From a virus: a DNA stretch of 64,000 nt. Location: positions 64,001 through 128,000 of the IMG/VR virus record IMGVR_UViG_3300036791_001056; one strand, written 5' to 3'. Both the position numbers and the translations under genes were made by a program. This document shows positions 46,275 to 54,986 of the stretch, one piece after another. The notes under the pieces are model-generated. The model was not told the origin of the DNA. It ran no database searches and worked only from the letters and a program-made list of their open reading frames with translations. The stretch's first letter is position 1; each line of letters begins with the position of its first letter.

Positions 46275-48556
46275 GTCAAGCGCGGCTGCTTAGTGGCTGG
46301 GTCAATGCTGACGAATGGGTGCTGGCAGCTCTCGCACCGGGTGACCCCGTACGCCGCCAAGAACGACCCGCCGATGAGGTCCTTCAGGGCTGAGATGGCC
46401 CAGACACACGCGTCAATCCGGTCTGGTGACTCCCCGTCCATGGGAGTCCACGCACAGTTATGGACAAGGATCCCATTTGCAAAATACTCATGCTGCCCGG
46501 TCACCGTAATGTTGTACACCGCGCTTGGCACCGCGTTCACCTGGACGGAGTGGACCGTGCTTTCGGCCACACTCACGTGAGCAAAACGCTGCGCGAACTC
46601 CTGTTGAGATGAACTCTTGATCACACTCAACACACTGGACCGTGATTTCTCGCTGCTTACGCCGTTGCCATGCATCAGTGCTCTTCTGCTTCTGCTGGTC
46701 TCCCCGGTATGCGTACATACCAGTGACTCGCTCAGATTTATGGTGAGAGATGTGATCATGGCGTGACAATAGCATGAGATTGCTGATGTCATTATTGTCG
46801 GGGTCGTGATCGATGTGGTGCACGTGATGCCCGTTGGGTATGGGACCGTGATATTCTTCCCAGACGTCGCGATGGAGAAGTTTAGCGCCCCGTGACCGTG
46901 ATGTGATCCAGTACGTGCCGTTCCACTTGTAATACCGCTCACCGTTGCGCTCGATGAATGGGAACGCTGATTTTCGGCTGCGACGGGACTTCCGGCTTTC
47001 ATGCACCTTGTAATCTTAGCACCAGGAACCAGCGCACCAGCGGGAACAAAGCCACTTCCCGGGCTGAACACTGGGTGATCAGGTGTGCACGTGATGGTGT
47101 CGCCGTTTTTTGCTGTGATTGTTACGGTCCGGCGAATGCCTGTAAAGCCAGAGTGCGTGACTGGCCGCCAGCCAGCTCTCGTCATTACCAAGTCACGGCA
47201 CGTTACCTGCTCAATGGGAATCTCACCACGCATGGTTGTTATTGCTGTCCCAGCGATCAAGCACATCTGGTCCTCAAGATACGGGAACGTGCCCACGTGG
47301 CTGATGCGGCGCTGCTCATACAACGATGAGATCGGCTCCGCGCGGATGGCCTTGCCGCGCGTGGCGCGCACCGCCTGGAACGGGATGTTCGGGTCCACCG
47401 TCTTCAGCAACGTCCCGATGAAGTCCCCGCCGTTGTTGACCTCCGCGACGACGCGGTCTGCCTTGAACTCATGGTACACCGCGATGACCCTCTTCATCGC
47501 CTCCATGGGTGTGGCGCGCAGCGTGAAGTCACCAAGCACGTAGCCGCGGCCGTTCTTAGCCGCACCGGCCACGATGACGCCAGTCTGGGCGCTGGCCTCG
47601 CCGTCAGTGACTGCCGGGTCCACCCCGACGACGACGCGGATGAGGTCGGGCACCAGTGCCGGGTCGGTGACGCGGGTCTCTTCGAACCAGTCGCGCTGCC
47701 ACAGCGCGCCCGGCACATCATCCAAGATCTCGGCCTCGAGCTCTTGCCGGCCGAGGCGCGTGCCCAGCAGCGGCGCGATGACGTTCTCCTGGTACTCCTT
47801 CGTCAAGTTCTCGATGTTGTCCATCGTCCGGCCGCGCGTGATCATCGTGGTCGTGCGCTGGAGAATGCCCATCCGTGATGGGTCCGGGTCACTCGTGCGC
47901 AGCAGCGCGACCGGGCGCGGCGTCGTGGCTATGACCACCTGCGTGCGGTAGTCCTCGTCCCAGCCGGTCTTCTTAGGCAGCCGCAGCGTGATGACCAGGT
48001 TGCTCCACGTGGTGTCTGCCACGAGCCCCTTGTGCGCGTCCTGCCAGAACGCGGCCTCGTCCGCCCAGGCAAAGTGGAACTGCGGCCCGCGCAGCCGCCA
48101 CGGCTTCTCAGCCGAGAAGGACTTGAACCCAGACCCGTTGGCGAGCCGCACCTCACCGAGCGTGCGGTTGTACCCGTCGTCCTCCGAGTGGTTCCGGAAC
48201 TCGTCACGGTTGAAGCACGCGATGAGTCCGCTCTCGCCCTCGAGCATGGTGTCACGGGTGTCAGCAAAGGTCTTCCCGACCAGCGCAATGCGCGCTCCCG
48301 GGTAGTCACGCGCCTTCTGCGCTGCCCACTCGGCGGCAGTGCGCGACTTCCCCCAGCCTCTTCCAGCGAGAATGCACCACACGAACCACGTACCCGGCGG
48401 AGCCAGCTGCTCCGGTCGCGCGATCTCGCGCCAGGGACGCTTGATGAGCCCGTCTTCCAAGTCGCGCACCCGCTTGATCTCCTGCTGCAGCTCGCGCAGG
48501 CGCCGCAGGCGCTCGAGGCGCAGCCCGGCGAGGGAGTCCGCGGTCTTGGCTGCCAT
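46235..48556 (-). CDS. terL: Terminase large subunit (intein-containing)
   Basis: Walker A AGRGWGKS, LRGPQF..AWADE, TTP, VGVDPA, E.NNGG, SPDRIDA. Confidence 0.95.
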   Translation of the reverse strand: MAAKTADSLAGLRLERLRRLRELQQEIKRVRDLEDGLIKRPWREIARPEQLAPPGTWFVWCILAGRGWGKSRTAAEWAAQKARDYPGARIALVGKTFADTRDTMLEGESGLIACFNRDEFRNHSEDDGYNRTLGEVRLANGSGFKSFSAEKPWRLRGPQFHFAWADEAAFWQDAHKGLVADTTWSNLVITLRLPKKTGWDEDYRTQVVIATTPRPVALLRTSDPDPSRMGILQRTTTMITRGRTMDNIENLTKEYQENVIAPLLGTRLGRQELEAEILDDVPGALWQRDWFEETRVTDPALVPDLIRVVVGVDPAVTDGEASAQTGVIVAGAAKNGRGYVLGDFTLRATPMEAMKRVIAVYHEFKADRVVAEVNNGGDFIGTLLKTVDPNIPFQAVRATRGKAIRAEPISSLYEQRRISHVGTFPYLEDQMCLIAGTAITTMRGEIPIEQVTCRDLVMTRAGWRPVTHSGFTGIRRTVTITAKNGDTITCTPDHPVFSPGSGFVPAGALVPGAKITRCMKAGSPVAAENQRSHSSSATVSGITSGTARTGSHHGHGALNFSIATSGKNITVPYPTGITCTTSITTPTIMTSAISCYCHAMITSLTINLSESLVCTHTGETSRSRRALMHGNGVSSEKSRSSVLSVIKSSSQQEFAQRFAHVSVAESTVHSVQVNAVPSAVYNITVTGQHEYFANGILVHNCAWTPMDGESPDRIDACVWAISALKDLIGGSFLAAYGVTRCESCQHPFVSIDPATKQPRLTCPKCGSPVVLET
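46457..47263 (-). mobile_element. Intein (269 aa) in the TerL nuclease domain
   Basis: DQM|CLIAGTAITT...TPDHP...VYNITV...EYFANGILVHN|C. Confidence 0.92.
46488..47006 (-). CDS. HNH endonuclease in an alternate frame nested inside the intein
   Basis: LHRDVWEEYHGPIP.GHHVHHIDHDPDNNDISNL.L...H; C-terminal CVEC...FCSREC; extended -10 TGCTAAGAT 6 nt before GTG. Confidence 0.88.
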   Translation of the reverse strand: MHESRKSRRSRKSAFPFIERNGERYYKWNGTYWITSRSRGAKLLHRDVWEEYHGPIPNGHHVHHIDHDPDNNDISNLMLLSRHDHISHHKSERVTGMYAYRGDQQKQKSTDAWQRRKQREITVQCVECDQEFISTGVRAAFCSRECGRKHGPLRPGERGAKRGVQHYGDRAA

Positions 48557-48563
48557 GGTCTTG

Positions 48564-48609
48564 TTTACACCAGCGCATCGATGTGGTAGAGTAGTACCAA
48601 GGAACAGGA
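48564..48609 (+). promoter_or_regulatory. Cassette promoter TTTACA-17-TAGAGT plus AGGAACAGGA
   Basis: Seen directly; abuts the terL start on the opposite strand. Confidence 0.8.
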
Positions 48610-48625
48610 ATGAGAGGAGCCTGAG

Positions 48626-48898
48626 ATGCCGAGCTCACCCACCGAGGTGATCATCAGTGACGAGTATCAGGTCGTGGAGTTCCGTGCCCAGATGACAGCT
48701 GATGGCTTCACGAACCGCGAGACCGGCCCAGTCAGTAGTGGTCACTTTCCCGTGCTCACCGATCAGTCACCTGATGGCGACCCGCCTGATGTCGCGCGGC
48801 ACCGCGCCATGGTTTACGCCGACACCTGCAGCAGGTCAGTTCTCGGAACAGTCACGTACCGCGTCCGCCGGGTCCAGGTCTACACGGTTGAGTGGTGA
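48626..48898 (+). CDS. Hypothetical protein
   Basis: RBS GAGGAG; first gene of the cassette. Confidence 0.65.
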   Translation: MPSSPTEVIISDEYQVVEFRAQMTADGFTNRETGPVSSGHFPVLTDQSPDGDPPDVARHRAMVYADTCSRSVLGTVTYRVRRVQVYTVEW

Positions 48899-48904
48899 CG
48901 AAAG

Positions 48905-49141
48905 ATGTTTGTGAGTGAAGACGGTCGCTGGCGAGTCAGCACGATCTCACTCAACGGCCGGGAGCGCGTGCGGGTCGAGTGCAGCAACATCGCAGACGCG
49001 CCCGTTCACGGGGACGGCGCACACCGCACGGGCATCATCAGCGGGCCGGGCGGCTGGTACTGGGTAGCGGACCTGGCCGGCCCGGCGGACGTTGAGCGGT
49101 ACGTGCCGCTCGTTAGCTTGAGGGAGATCAGCAATGGGTAA
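48905..49141 (+). CDS. Hypothetical protein
   Basis: Tight operon spacing. Confidence 0.6.
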   Translation: MFVSEDGRWRVSTISLNGRERVRVECSNIADAPVHGDGAHRTGIISGPGGWYWVADLAGPADVERYVPLVSLREISNG

Positions 49142-49586
49142 GCAAACGCACGGTGACCCGCTCACTGGCGGCGGGCTCGATCTGCGCGACCTGGTGTTCC
49201 GGGCGCTGGATCACGCCCGCGAGAACGGTCACGAGGAGTTCCTGCACCTGCCCGCCGCTGAGGTGGCGAATGATCTTCGTGAGTACGACTGGGACCTGGA
49301 GAATGATGACCCGGCCGAGCTCACGCCGCTGGTCACCGAGTGGCGCAGGCGGCACGGCATCATCATCACAGAAGATGAGCTGGTGACTGACGTTGCCGTC
49401 ATTGACTTTCCCATCACGCTGCGTGTCACGCTCACCGCTGGCCAGCTGCGCCGGTACCAGCACTATCACGGGCTGACCAGCGGCAGCCCGCGCACCCACG
49501 TTGAGAGCTACATCCGGTCAGCACTGTACAGCAGTCACGAGTCATTCGATGAGGATGACATTACCATCACTATGGAGGAATCATGA
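49134..49586 (+). CDS. Hypothetical acidic protein
   Basis: RBS GGAG; overlaps both neighbours. Confidence 0.65.
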   Translation: MGKQTHGDPLTGGGLDLRDLVFRALDHARENGHEEFLHLPAAEVANDLREYDWDLENDDPAELTPLVTEWRRRHGIIITEDELVTDVAVIDFPITLRVTLTAGQLRRYQHYHGLTSGSPRTHVESYIRSALYSSHESFDEDDITITMEES

Positions 49587-50032
49587 AGAAGATCGCAGGA
49601 GCCATCACGCTCGGGGCGGTCAGCGCGGCCGTCCTGCTCGCCAGTCCCGGCACCAGCTCCGCGGCGACCGCGCCGCCGGTGCACGACAAGGTCAAGGGCT
49701 GCGCGCCGCTGGCGCGCACGCTGCATCACTGGTGGCCGCCACTGCTGCGGGCGCAGCCGGTCAGTGACCCGGATCTCGAGCTGTACCCGTGGCAGCCCGC
49801 GGCCAGCGCGATCGGCAGCTACATCAGCGACCCGGCGGTGGGCCAGTGGCTGCCGCAGTGGATCGCAGAGGCGGCGGGCGCCGTCAGCACGCTGGGCATC
49901 CGGGTGGGACCGTACCCGGAGGTGCCGCAGGCCGTTCACAACGGAGCGGTGCGCGACCTGGCGCAGGCGTTCGGCCACATGCACTACTGGTGCCCGGCGT
50001 CGATCCCAGCAAGGTGGGTGACGCCTAAGTGA
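49583..50032 (+). CDS. Secreted protein
   Basis: MKKIAGAITLGAVSAAVLLA signal peptide; RBS GGAGG. Confidence 0.7.
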   Translation: MKKIAGAITLGAVSAAVLLASPGTSSAATAPPVHDKVKGCAPLARTLHHWWPPLLRAQPVSDPDLELYPWQPAASAIGSYISDPAVGQWLPQWIAEAAGAVSTLGIRVGPYPEVPQAVHNGAVRDLAQAFGHMHYWCPASIPARWVTPK

Positions 50033-50327
50033 GGCCGCGCACGGTGGAAGAGATCATCACCACGCCGACGACCTAGCTGCGCGGTTCGAGGAAGACAGCC
50101 TTGGCCCTGGCCGTGTGGTCGACGGCGCTTCGCTTCGTCAGGTGCGCGTGGCTTTCGAGTCGAAAGCCCGTGCTGAGCGTGACCTGGCCGACGCGGTGAC
50201 CGTCGCCCGAGCCGAAAGGCACTCGTGTGCTGCGATCGGAGCTATGGTCGGCACTTCCGAGGAAGCGGCACGCCAGCGTTATGGCGTGCATCTCCCCGGC
50301 GTCAGCTACCCAGAGCCCAGCCAGTGA
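50029..50327 (+). pseudogene. HTH/antitoxin-like protein with apparent 1-nt deletion near 50058
   Basis: PRTVEEII in one frame; HADDLAARFE...AV..AR..S.AAIGAMVGTS.EAARQRYG in the next. Confidence 0.6.
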
Positions 50328-50418
50328 TCGTGCATCTTAGTTTTGTGTGATATAGTTATAACTAGCTAGCAGGAGCACAAAACAAGCAGATGCTCCTCAG
50401 ACACAGAAAGGCGCACCT

Positions 50419-50742
50419 ATGCGCAACGGGCAGGTAACCAGCCCAGATGCTCCCCGCGTCGCCCCGGTCGTGTACATCGATCTAGACATCGTTCCATTTG
50501 AGTACATGACCGATGATGAGTTGCGTGATCAAGCAGCGCGCGCTTGCACGATCGAGGCGTACCCGAGCCTCAAGGCATTGTTGCTCACTCTACGCGGCCC
50601 CGGTGGCAACGGCACCATTCCGGTCTACCGCATCGAAGGCCCACTCAATCACATCATCAGGTGGTTGGTCGCCCAGTACGGCGCCGGCACCACCAGCGAG
50701 TCGGTTGAGTTTTTCGCTGACCAGATGTGCTTGGCTAAGTAA
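50419..50742 (+). CDS. Hypothetical protein
   Basis: TGATATAGT promoter at about 50348-50356; RBS GAAAGG. Confidence 0.65.
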   Translation: MRNGQVTSPDAPRVAPVVYIDLDIVPFEYMTDDELRDQAARACTIEAYPSLKALLLTLRGPGGNGTIPVYRIEGPLNHIIRWLVAQYGAGTTSESVEFFADQMCLAK

Positions 50743-50749
50743 ACCAAGC

Positions 50750-50796
50750 CGCGCGAGCGCCGGTGATTACGGTCTACCGGCGCTTACGCGTTTTTT
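50750..50796 (+). terminator. Intrinsic terminator
   Basis: Long stem followed by TTTTTT. Confidence 0.75.
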
Positions 50797-51315
50797 CTAG
50801 CCCCCAGTGCCGAGCCGGTGATCACGCAGCTCAGCCTCGAGCCGCGCGATCTCCGCATCTACGCTGTCGATGGTCAGTACCTCGGTGCGCGTCGGCGCAT
50901 TGAGGCCGAGCAGCTTGGCGCGCTGCTCCTTGATCTTCAGGATCCGGTCCACGACCTCCAGCACGAAGCGATCATCGTTGAGCGGCTCGCCATCATCGTC
51001 ACGGATGATGCGCCCGTTGTTGACCAGCACGTGAGATGCCCGCAACTCCACCCAGCAGGCGCGCTCCAGCTCATCGAGCGATACCAGCTCGAGGACGCGC
51101 TGCTCGTCGCGCGCCACTCGGATCGTCGTCGCCAGCCCACGGCGGATCGCCGCGGCCGCGCGCTCCGGGTTGCCGCTCAGGCCGAGCTGGTCCGCGATCT
51201 CCTCGAGCGACCAGCCCAGCGCGCGCAGCCTCACGGCGTACGCGTCGCGCTGGACGCCCTTCTTGAAGATGCGGCTGCCCCGGGCCGGGACGGGCAAGAG
51301 GATGTCTTCAGGCAT
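50797..51315 (-). CDS. Terminase small subunit (HTH)
   Basis: LR..GWS..EIA.QLG; DRILKI.EQRAKLLGLNAP motif; upstream of terL on the same strand. Confidence 0.8.
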   Translation of the reverse strand: MPEDILLPVPARGSRIFKKGVQRDAYAVRLRALGWSLEEIADQLGLSGNPERAAAAIRRGLATTIRVARDEQRVLELVSLDELERACWVELRASHVLVNNGRIIRDDDGEPLNDDRFVLEVVDRILKIKEQRAKLLGLNAPTRTEVLTIDSVDAEIARLEAELRDHRLGTGG

Positions 51316-51320
51316 GCTTG

Positions 51321-51349
51321 TTTACACCAGCGCTTCGATGTGATAGAGT
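51321..51349 (+). promoter_or_regulatory. Cassette promoter TTTACA-17-TAGAGT (leaderless ATG at 51357)
   Basis: Seen directly. Confidence 0.8.
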
Positions 51350-51356
51350 TTATTAC

Positions 51357-51770
51357 ATGAAGGAGTACAAGTTCCGCCGGTACGCCGCGGGCGTCAGCGC
51401 GGTCCGGCAGGGAAACCGCGCCGCACCGGTCAAGCGCGGCTGGTGGGCGTTCCCAGCCGGCTGGGAAAAGCACGCGGGCAACGTGCCCGCTGGTGTCGCA
51501 CGCCGCTGGCACACGCTCATCGTGCCGGCTGACGCGCTGATTTTCGTGGGCTGGGACCGCCGGGGCGTGCTGCACCGTGACGGGTTCTTCAACGTGGGCC
51601 CGTGGCAGTACATGAGCGTGGAGGACGCGATGCTGGGCTTCGAGCGCATACGCGCCCATACCCTCAGCATCGTCATCACTCAGCCGCAGTGGCGGGGCTT
51701 CCTGCTGCGCAAGGCCTTCGACGCTGATCACCTGCAGTGCTTCATCCCTGCCGCTGTGAACGTGCGGTGA
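51357..51770 (+). CDS. Hypothetical protein
   Basis: Start reassigned to 51357 from promoter position. Confidence 0.65.
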   Translation: MKEYKFRRYAAGVSAVRQGNRAAPVKRGWWAFPAGWEKHAGNVPAGVARRWHTLIVPADALIFVGWDRRGVLHRDGFFNVGPWQYMSVEDAMLGFERIRAHTLSIVITQPQWRGFLLRKAFDADHLQCFIPAAVNVR

Positions 51771-51776
51771 TCGTTG

Positions 51777-51827
51777 TTTACACCAGCACTTCGATGTGAT
51801 AGACTAACTATAGGAAAAGGAACAGAG
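51777..51827 (+). promoter_or_regulatory. Cassette promoter TTTACA-17-TAGACT plus AGGAACAGAG
   Basis: Near-identical to the 51321 and 48564 copies. Confidence 0.8.
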
Positions 51828-51980
51828 CAGAGGATCACACATGCAGCCACTCAAGCCTGAGCACGCGGACCGGATATCTAGCCAGATCACACTGACCGCG
51901 GTGAGCAGCGTAACTGGGACGTGCGTCAGCGCGGCATGCGCTAACCCAGCGGTCGCGATCGTCACGATCAGGAGGCCCCA

Positions 51981-52304
51981 GTGATCGGGAACCACAACCG
52001 GTCCGGCAGCCGCGTTACCGCCAGCGGGACCACTGAGGAGTGGCGCCGCAACGGCTGGCGCCGCGAGGGGCACTGCAACCGCTGCGACAACGGGCTGTTC
52101 CACAACCGGCGCCGGCGCGGCGCCGGAGGCGAGCACCCCAGCGGCGTCAGCCTCGCCGCGAATGATCCCTCCCGCATCGACAACATCTGGGAAGATGAGA
52201 TCGCTCCCGGCGAGAAAGCCGGCCTACGCCGCCGGGTTCGCGCCCGCGGTCGCGCTGAGGTGCGCCGCGTCATTCGTGAGGAGACTGCTCATGGAACTGG
52301 ATGA
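51981..52304 (+). CDS. Arg-rich hypothetical protein
   Basis: RBS AGGAGG; GTGA overlap with a 47-aa ORF at 51841..51984. Confidence 0.55.
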   Translation: MIGNHNRSGSRVTASGTTEEWRRNGWRREGHCNRCDNGLFHNRRRRGAGGEHPSGVSLAANDPSRIDNIWEDEIAPGEKAGLRRRVRARGRAEVRRVIREETAHGTG

Positions 52305-52596
52305 GCTCATCAGTGCAGAAGACGGGATCGTAATGACTGAGTCGCAGCGGTGACGAGTGAGCATGATGCACTTTGAGATCAAGCGCTGTGGCCGGATCGG
52401 CTACATGGTGTACATGGTGATGGACAGCGGGCCACTGAGCCGGCTGCCTGACGGCCTGCCAGTAGACGCAGCCATCACGAGGCGGGGAGCTCAACGGCTC
52501 GTTAAGAGGCGTCAGCGGCGGCTGCAGCGGGCGCGGGGGATGGAATGAACATTCTACGTCACACGAGCTGCGCGGTAACTGAGCAAGGAGTTAACC

Positions 52597-52947
52597 ATGT
52601 TCTACTGCGATCCCTGCGCCGTCCGGCGCGGCTGGCCCCAGACGATCTTTCGCAGTGATGGGCACTGTGAGTGCTGTGGTCACGCCCGTGAGTGCTCAGA
52701 CCTGCCGAGCAAGTACCTGCCACTGCCGCCCCGAGAGGTCCGAGAGGGACAGCTCTTCACCTACGTGAACTACCCGGATGGACACCTGCGCATCATCCGG
52801 CTCGTGCGCAGCGGTCGCGTTTACCACGCTGACGCGCTGGTGCCGGGCGCGCGCTGGGACCGGTACTTTAACATCGCGCAGGTTGACTGGCGCGTCACCG
52901 CTTGGGTGGCAGCCAGCGGGGCCGAGGCACCTAAGGAGCAGCCGTGA
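52597..52947 (+). CDS. Zn-finger hypothetical protein
   Basis: MFYCDPC....GWP....S.G.CECCG...C; RBS AAGGAG. Confidence 0.75.
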   Translation: MFYCDPCAVRRGWPQTIFRSDGHCECCGHARECSDLPSKYLPLPPREVREGQLFTYVNYPDGHLRIIRLVRSGRVYHADALVPGARWDRYFNIAQVDWRVTAWVAASGAEAPKEQP

Positions 52948-53496
52948 GCGAGATGCGCGGGAAGACCCCGGCGGTCATCCTCATCGACCCCGAAGTACCC
53001 GCACAACGGTGGCGGCGTATTCCGCGACGCCGCGTGCTGGGGAGTACCCCAGCTGTGGATCACTGGTGCGCGGCTGAGGGCTGAGTTCGCTCGGAAGGGC
53101 CGGATCACCCGCGAGGAGCGCATGAAGGCGCTCGTGCGGGAGACCGACCTGTTCTGGTGCGACCGGCCGTTCGACGAGTTCCCGCGCGGGACCACGTTCA
53201 TCGGCGTGGAGGTGCTGCCGAACGCTGAGGTGCTGACGCTCGGCTGGGAGCACCCGGAAGACGCGGTGTACGTCTTTGGCCCGGAGGACGGCAACTTGCC
53301 GAAGGCAGTGCGCCTGCAGTGCCACCGGTTCATCATCTTGCCCACCCGCATCTGCCTGAACTTGCAGGTGGCGGCCGGGATGGTGCTCGGGCACCGCATG
53401 CTGGACCGCATGGCGCGCGGCATCGAGCCCGCCCGCGGCGCGTATGACATGATGGCTGATGATCGCGGCTTCGCGGACCCGGGAGATGACTGGTGA
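52944..53496 (+). pseudogene. SpoU/TrmH-family RNA methyltransferase with +1 C in the run 52988-52991
   Basis: VILID(P)KYPHN.G...R.AAC.G; HPE.AVYVFGPEDG.L; CLNL.VAA. Confidence 0.8.
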
Positions 53497-53801
53497 CTGA
53501 TAATCTGTCTTACCGCTCACCCAGCCTGCGTCTGGCAGTCAGCGTGCGCTGTAAGCAAGTTCAGGCGCCGCCCTGGCACGATCTCTGGGAGATCACAATG
53601 GACGAGACCTCACTCACCGAGCTGTCTGCTGAGCTGCTGCAGCTACCCGAGCCGCTAACGCCTCGAATGCACCAGCTGCGCCGCCTCATTGAGAGCGTGA
53701 TCGCCAAGAACTTGAGCACTCACCCAGCTAACTGGGAGCACGGCCTGCATCCAGCCACCTTGCGCAATCAAGAGAGTGATCAGGTGCCGACCAGCACGTG
53801 A
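53493..53801 (+). CDS. Hypothetical protein
   Basis: GTGA coupling. Confidence 0.55.
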   Translation: MTDNLSYRSPSLRLAVSVRCKQVQAPPWHDLWEITMDETSLTELSAELLQLPEPLTPRMHQLRRLIESVIAKNLSTHPANWEHGLHPATLRNQESDQVPTST

Positions 53802-54115
53802 GTGTCGTTGCCCGCGCTGTCCAGCCACGTGAACTCACCGTGCCGCCCGACAGGGCGGTGCATGCGGCAGCCCACGCAGTACGTGGCGCCGTAGAAGCCC
53901 GGCTGCCGCGCGTAGGTCTCGCACAGTGGCAGTGCCATCGTGGTAACGGCGCCGCACTCTGGATCATGATGAACATACGCGCGGTATACCGGCCGCACGA
54001 ATCCCTTCTCAACCTCTTCCGGCGAGAGCACGAGGTACGCGTCGTGCTGGTGAATCGGCTCGGTGTCGACACCGTGGCCCAGCCGCGGGTCACTCGGATC
54101 AGTGATGAGCGTCAC
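53780..54115 (-). CDS. Zn-binding hypothetical protein
   Basis: Start GTG 54115 after AAGGAG; GFVRP.YR.YVH...CG..TTM...ETYAR.P.FYGATYC..C..H. Confidence 0.75.
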   Translation of the reverse strand: MTLITDPSDPRLGHGVDTEPIHQHDAYLVLSPEEVEKGFVRPVYRAYVHHDPECGAVTTMALPLCETYARQPGFYGATYCVGCRMHRPVGRHGEFTWLDSAGNDTHVLVGT

Positions 54116-54134
54116 GACCCACTCCTTTAGTTCT

Positions 54135-54187
54135 GTTGCACCAGCGCGGCGATGTGGTAGAATAACTATTAGGAACGTGGAACGGAG
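54135..54187 (+). promoter_or_regulatory. Cassette promoter GTTGCA-17-TAGAAT plus AGGAACGTGGAACGGAG
   Basis: Seen directly. Confidence 0.75.
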
Positions 54188-54194
54188 CATCACC

Positions 54195-54671
54195 ATGAGC
54201 GCGCTGGATGACTGGGCAGGCGGGCAGCCTTGCGAGCGGCACGATCTGCCGTACTGCGGTGGCTGCCGCGAGCTGGCTGGGATTAAGCGCAGTGCCGACG
54301 GCACCCTCGGCTGGCAGAGTGACTGCGCCGTCCAGCTGTTCGCTGACCTCACGCAGGTCAGTTACGATGATGCGGTCGATACGCTGCGCGCGGTGGGCTT
54401 CCGGCCCAAGCACGGCACTCCCATCGATGGAGTCCGCACCGCGCTCACCGCGGCGGGCCAGCACGTCACCGAGATCCGGCTCCACTACATCACGGCGACG
54501 CAGCTCTCACACACCGGCCGCCGGTTCTTCGTAGTCGGCTGGAAGGGCAAGGCCTGTCACACGTGGCCACTCATCGCCGGGCGCGCTCCCCGCGCTCTGC
54601 AGCCGCCGTTCAGGTACCGGATCTTCGAGGTAACAGCTCAAGAGCCAGAAGGAGCATCATCAGATGACTGA
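54195..54671 (+). CDS. Zn-finger plus papain-like peptidase candidate
   Basis: CERH....CGGC; SDCAV......VSY....; CHTW. Confidence 0.55.
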   Translation: MSALDDWAGGQPCERHDLPYCGGCRELAGIKRSADGTLGWQSDCAVQLFADLTQVSYDDAVDTLRAVGFRPKHGTPIDGVRTALTAAGQHVTEIRLHYITATQLSHTGRRFFVVGWKGKACHTWPLIAGRAPRALQPPFRYRIFEVTAQEPEGASSDD

Positions 54672-54924
54672 CCGCCGGGTGCGGCTCGCCGCAGCCATTA
54701 CCGACACTTCGCCTGAAGAGCTCATCAGTGCCATCATGGTGGAGTACCAAGATGAGGCGGTGCTCACCATCGCGAGCGCACTCAAGCGTGACCGAGGAGT
54801 TGCTGACGCTACTGGCGCCCAGTCTCAGCTGGCGACCGCGCTGAGCGCCGCCAGCGAGAGCATCTGCCGAGAGCTGCGTGAGATCACTTGCCAGCTGAAG
54901 CGGTACAATGACTACCGCAGGTGA
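54664..54924 (+). CDS. Hypothetical protein
   Basis: RBS AAGGAG; overlaps the upstream gene. Confidence 0.55.
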   Translation: MTDRRVRLAAAITDTSPEELISAIMVEYQDEAVLTIASALKRDRGVADATGAQSQLATALSAASESICRELREITCQLKRYNDYRR

Positions 54925-54929
54925 CTCTG

Positions 54930-54981
54930 TTTACATCGTAGTCACGATGTGATAGAGTACTACTAGGAATCAGGAACGGAG
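54930..54981 (+). promoter_or_regulatory. Cassette promoter TTTACA-17-TAGAGT with perfect palindrome ACATCGT-N4-ACGATGT and AGGAACGGAG
   Basis: Seen directly. Confidence 0.85.
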
Positions 54982-54986
54982 GAAGC

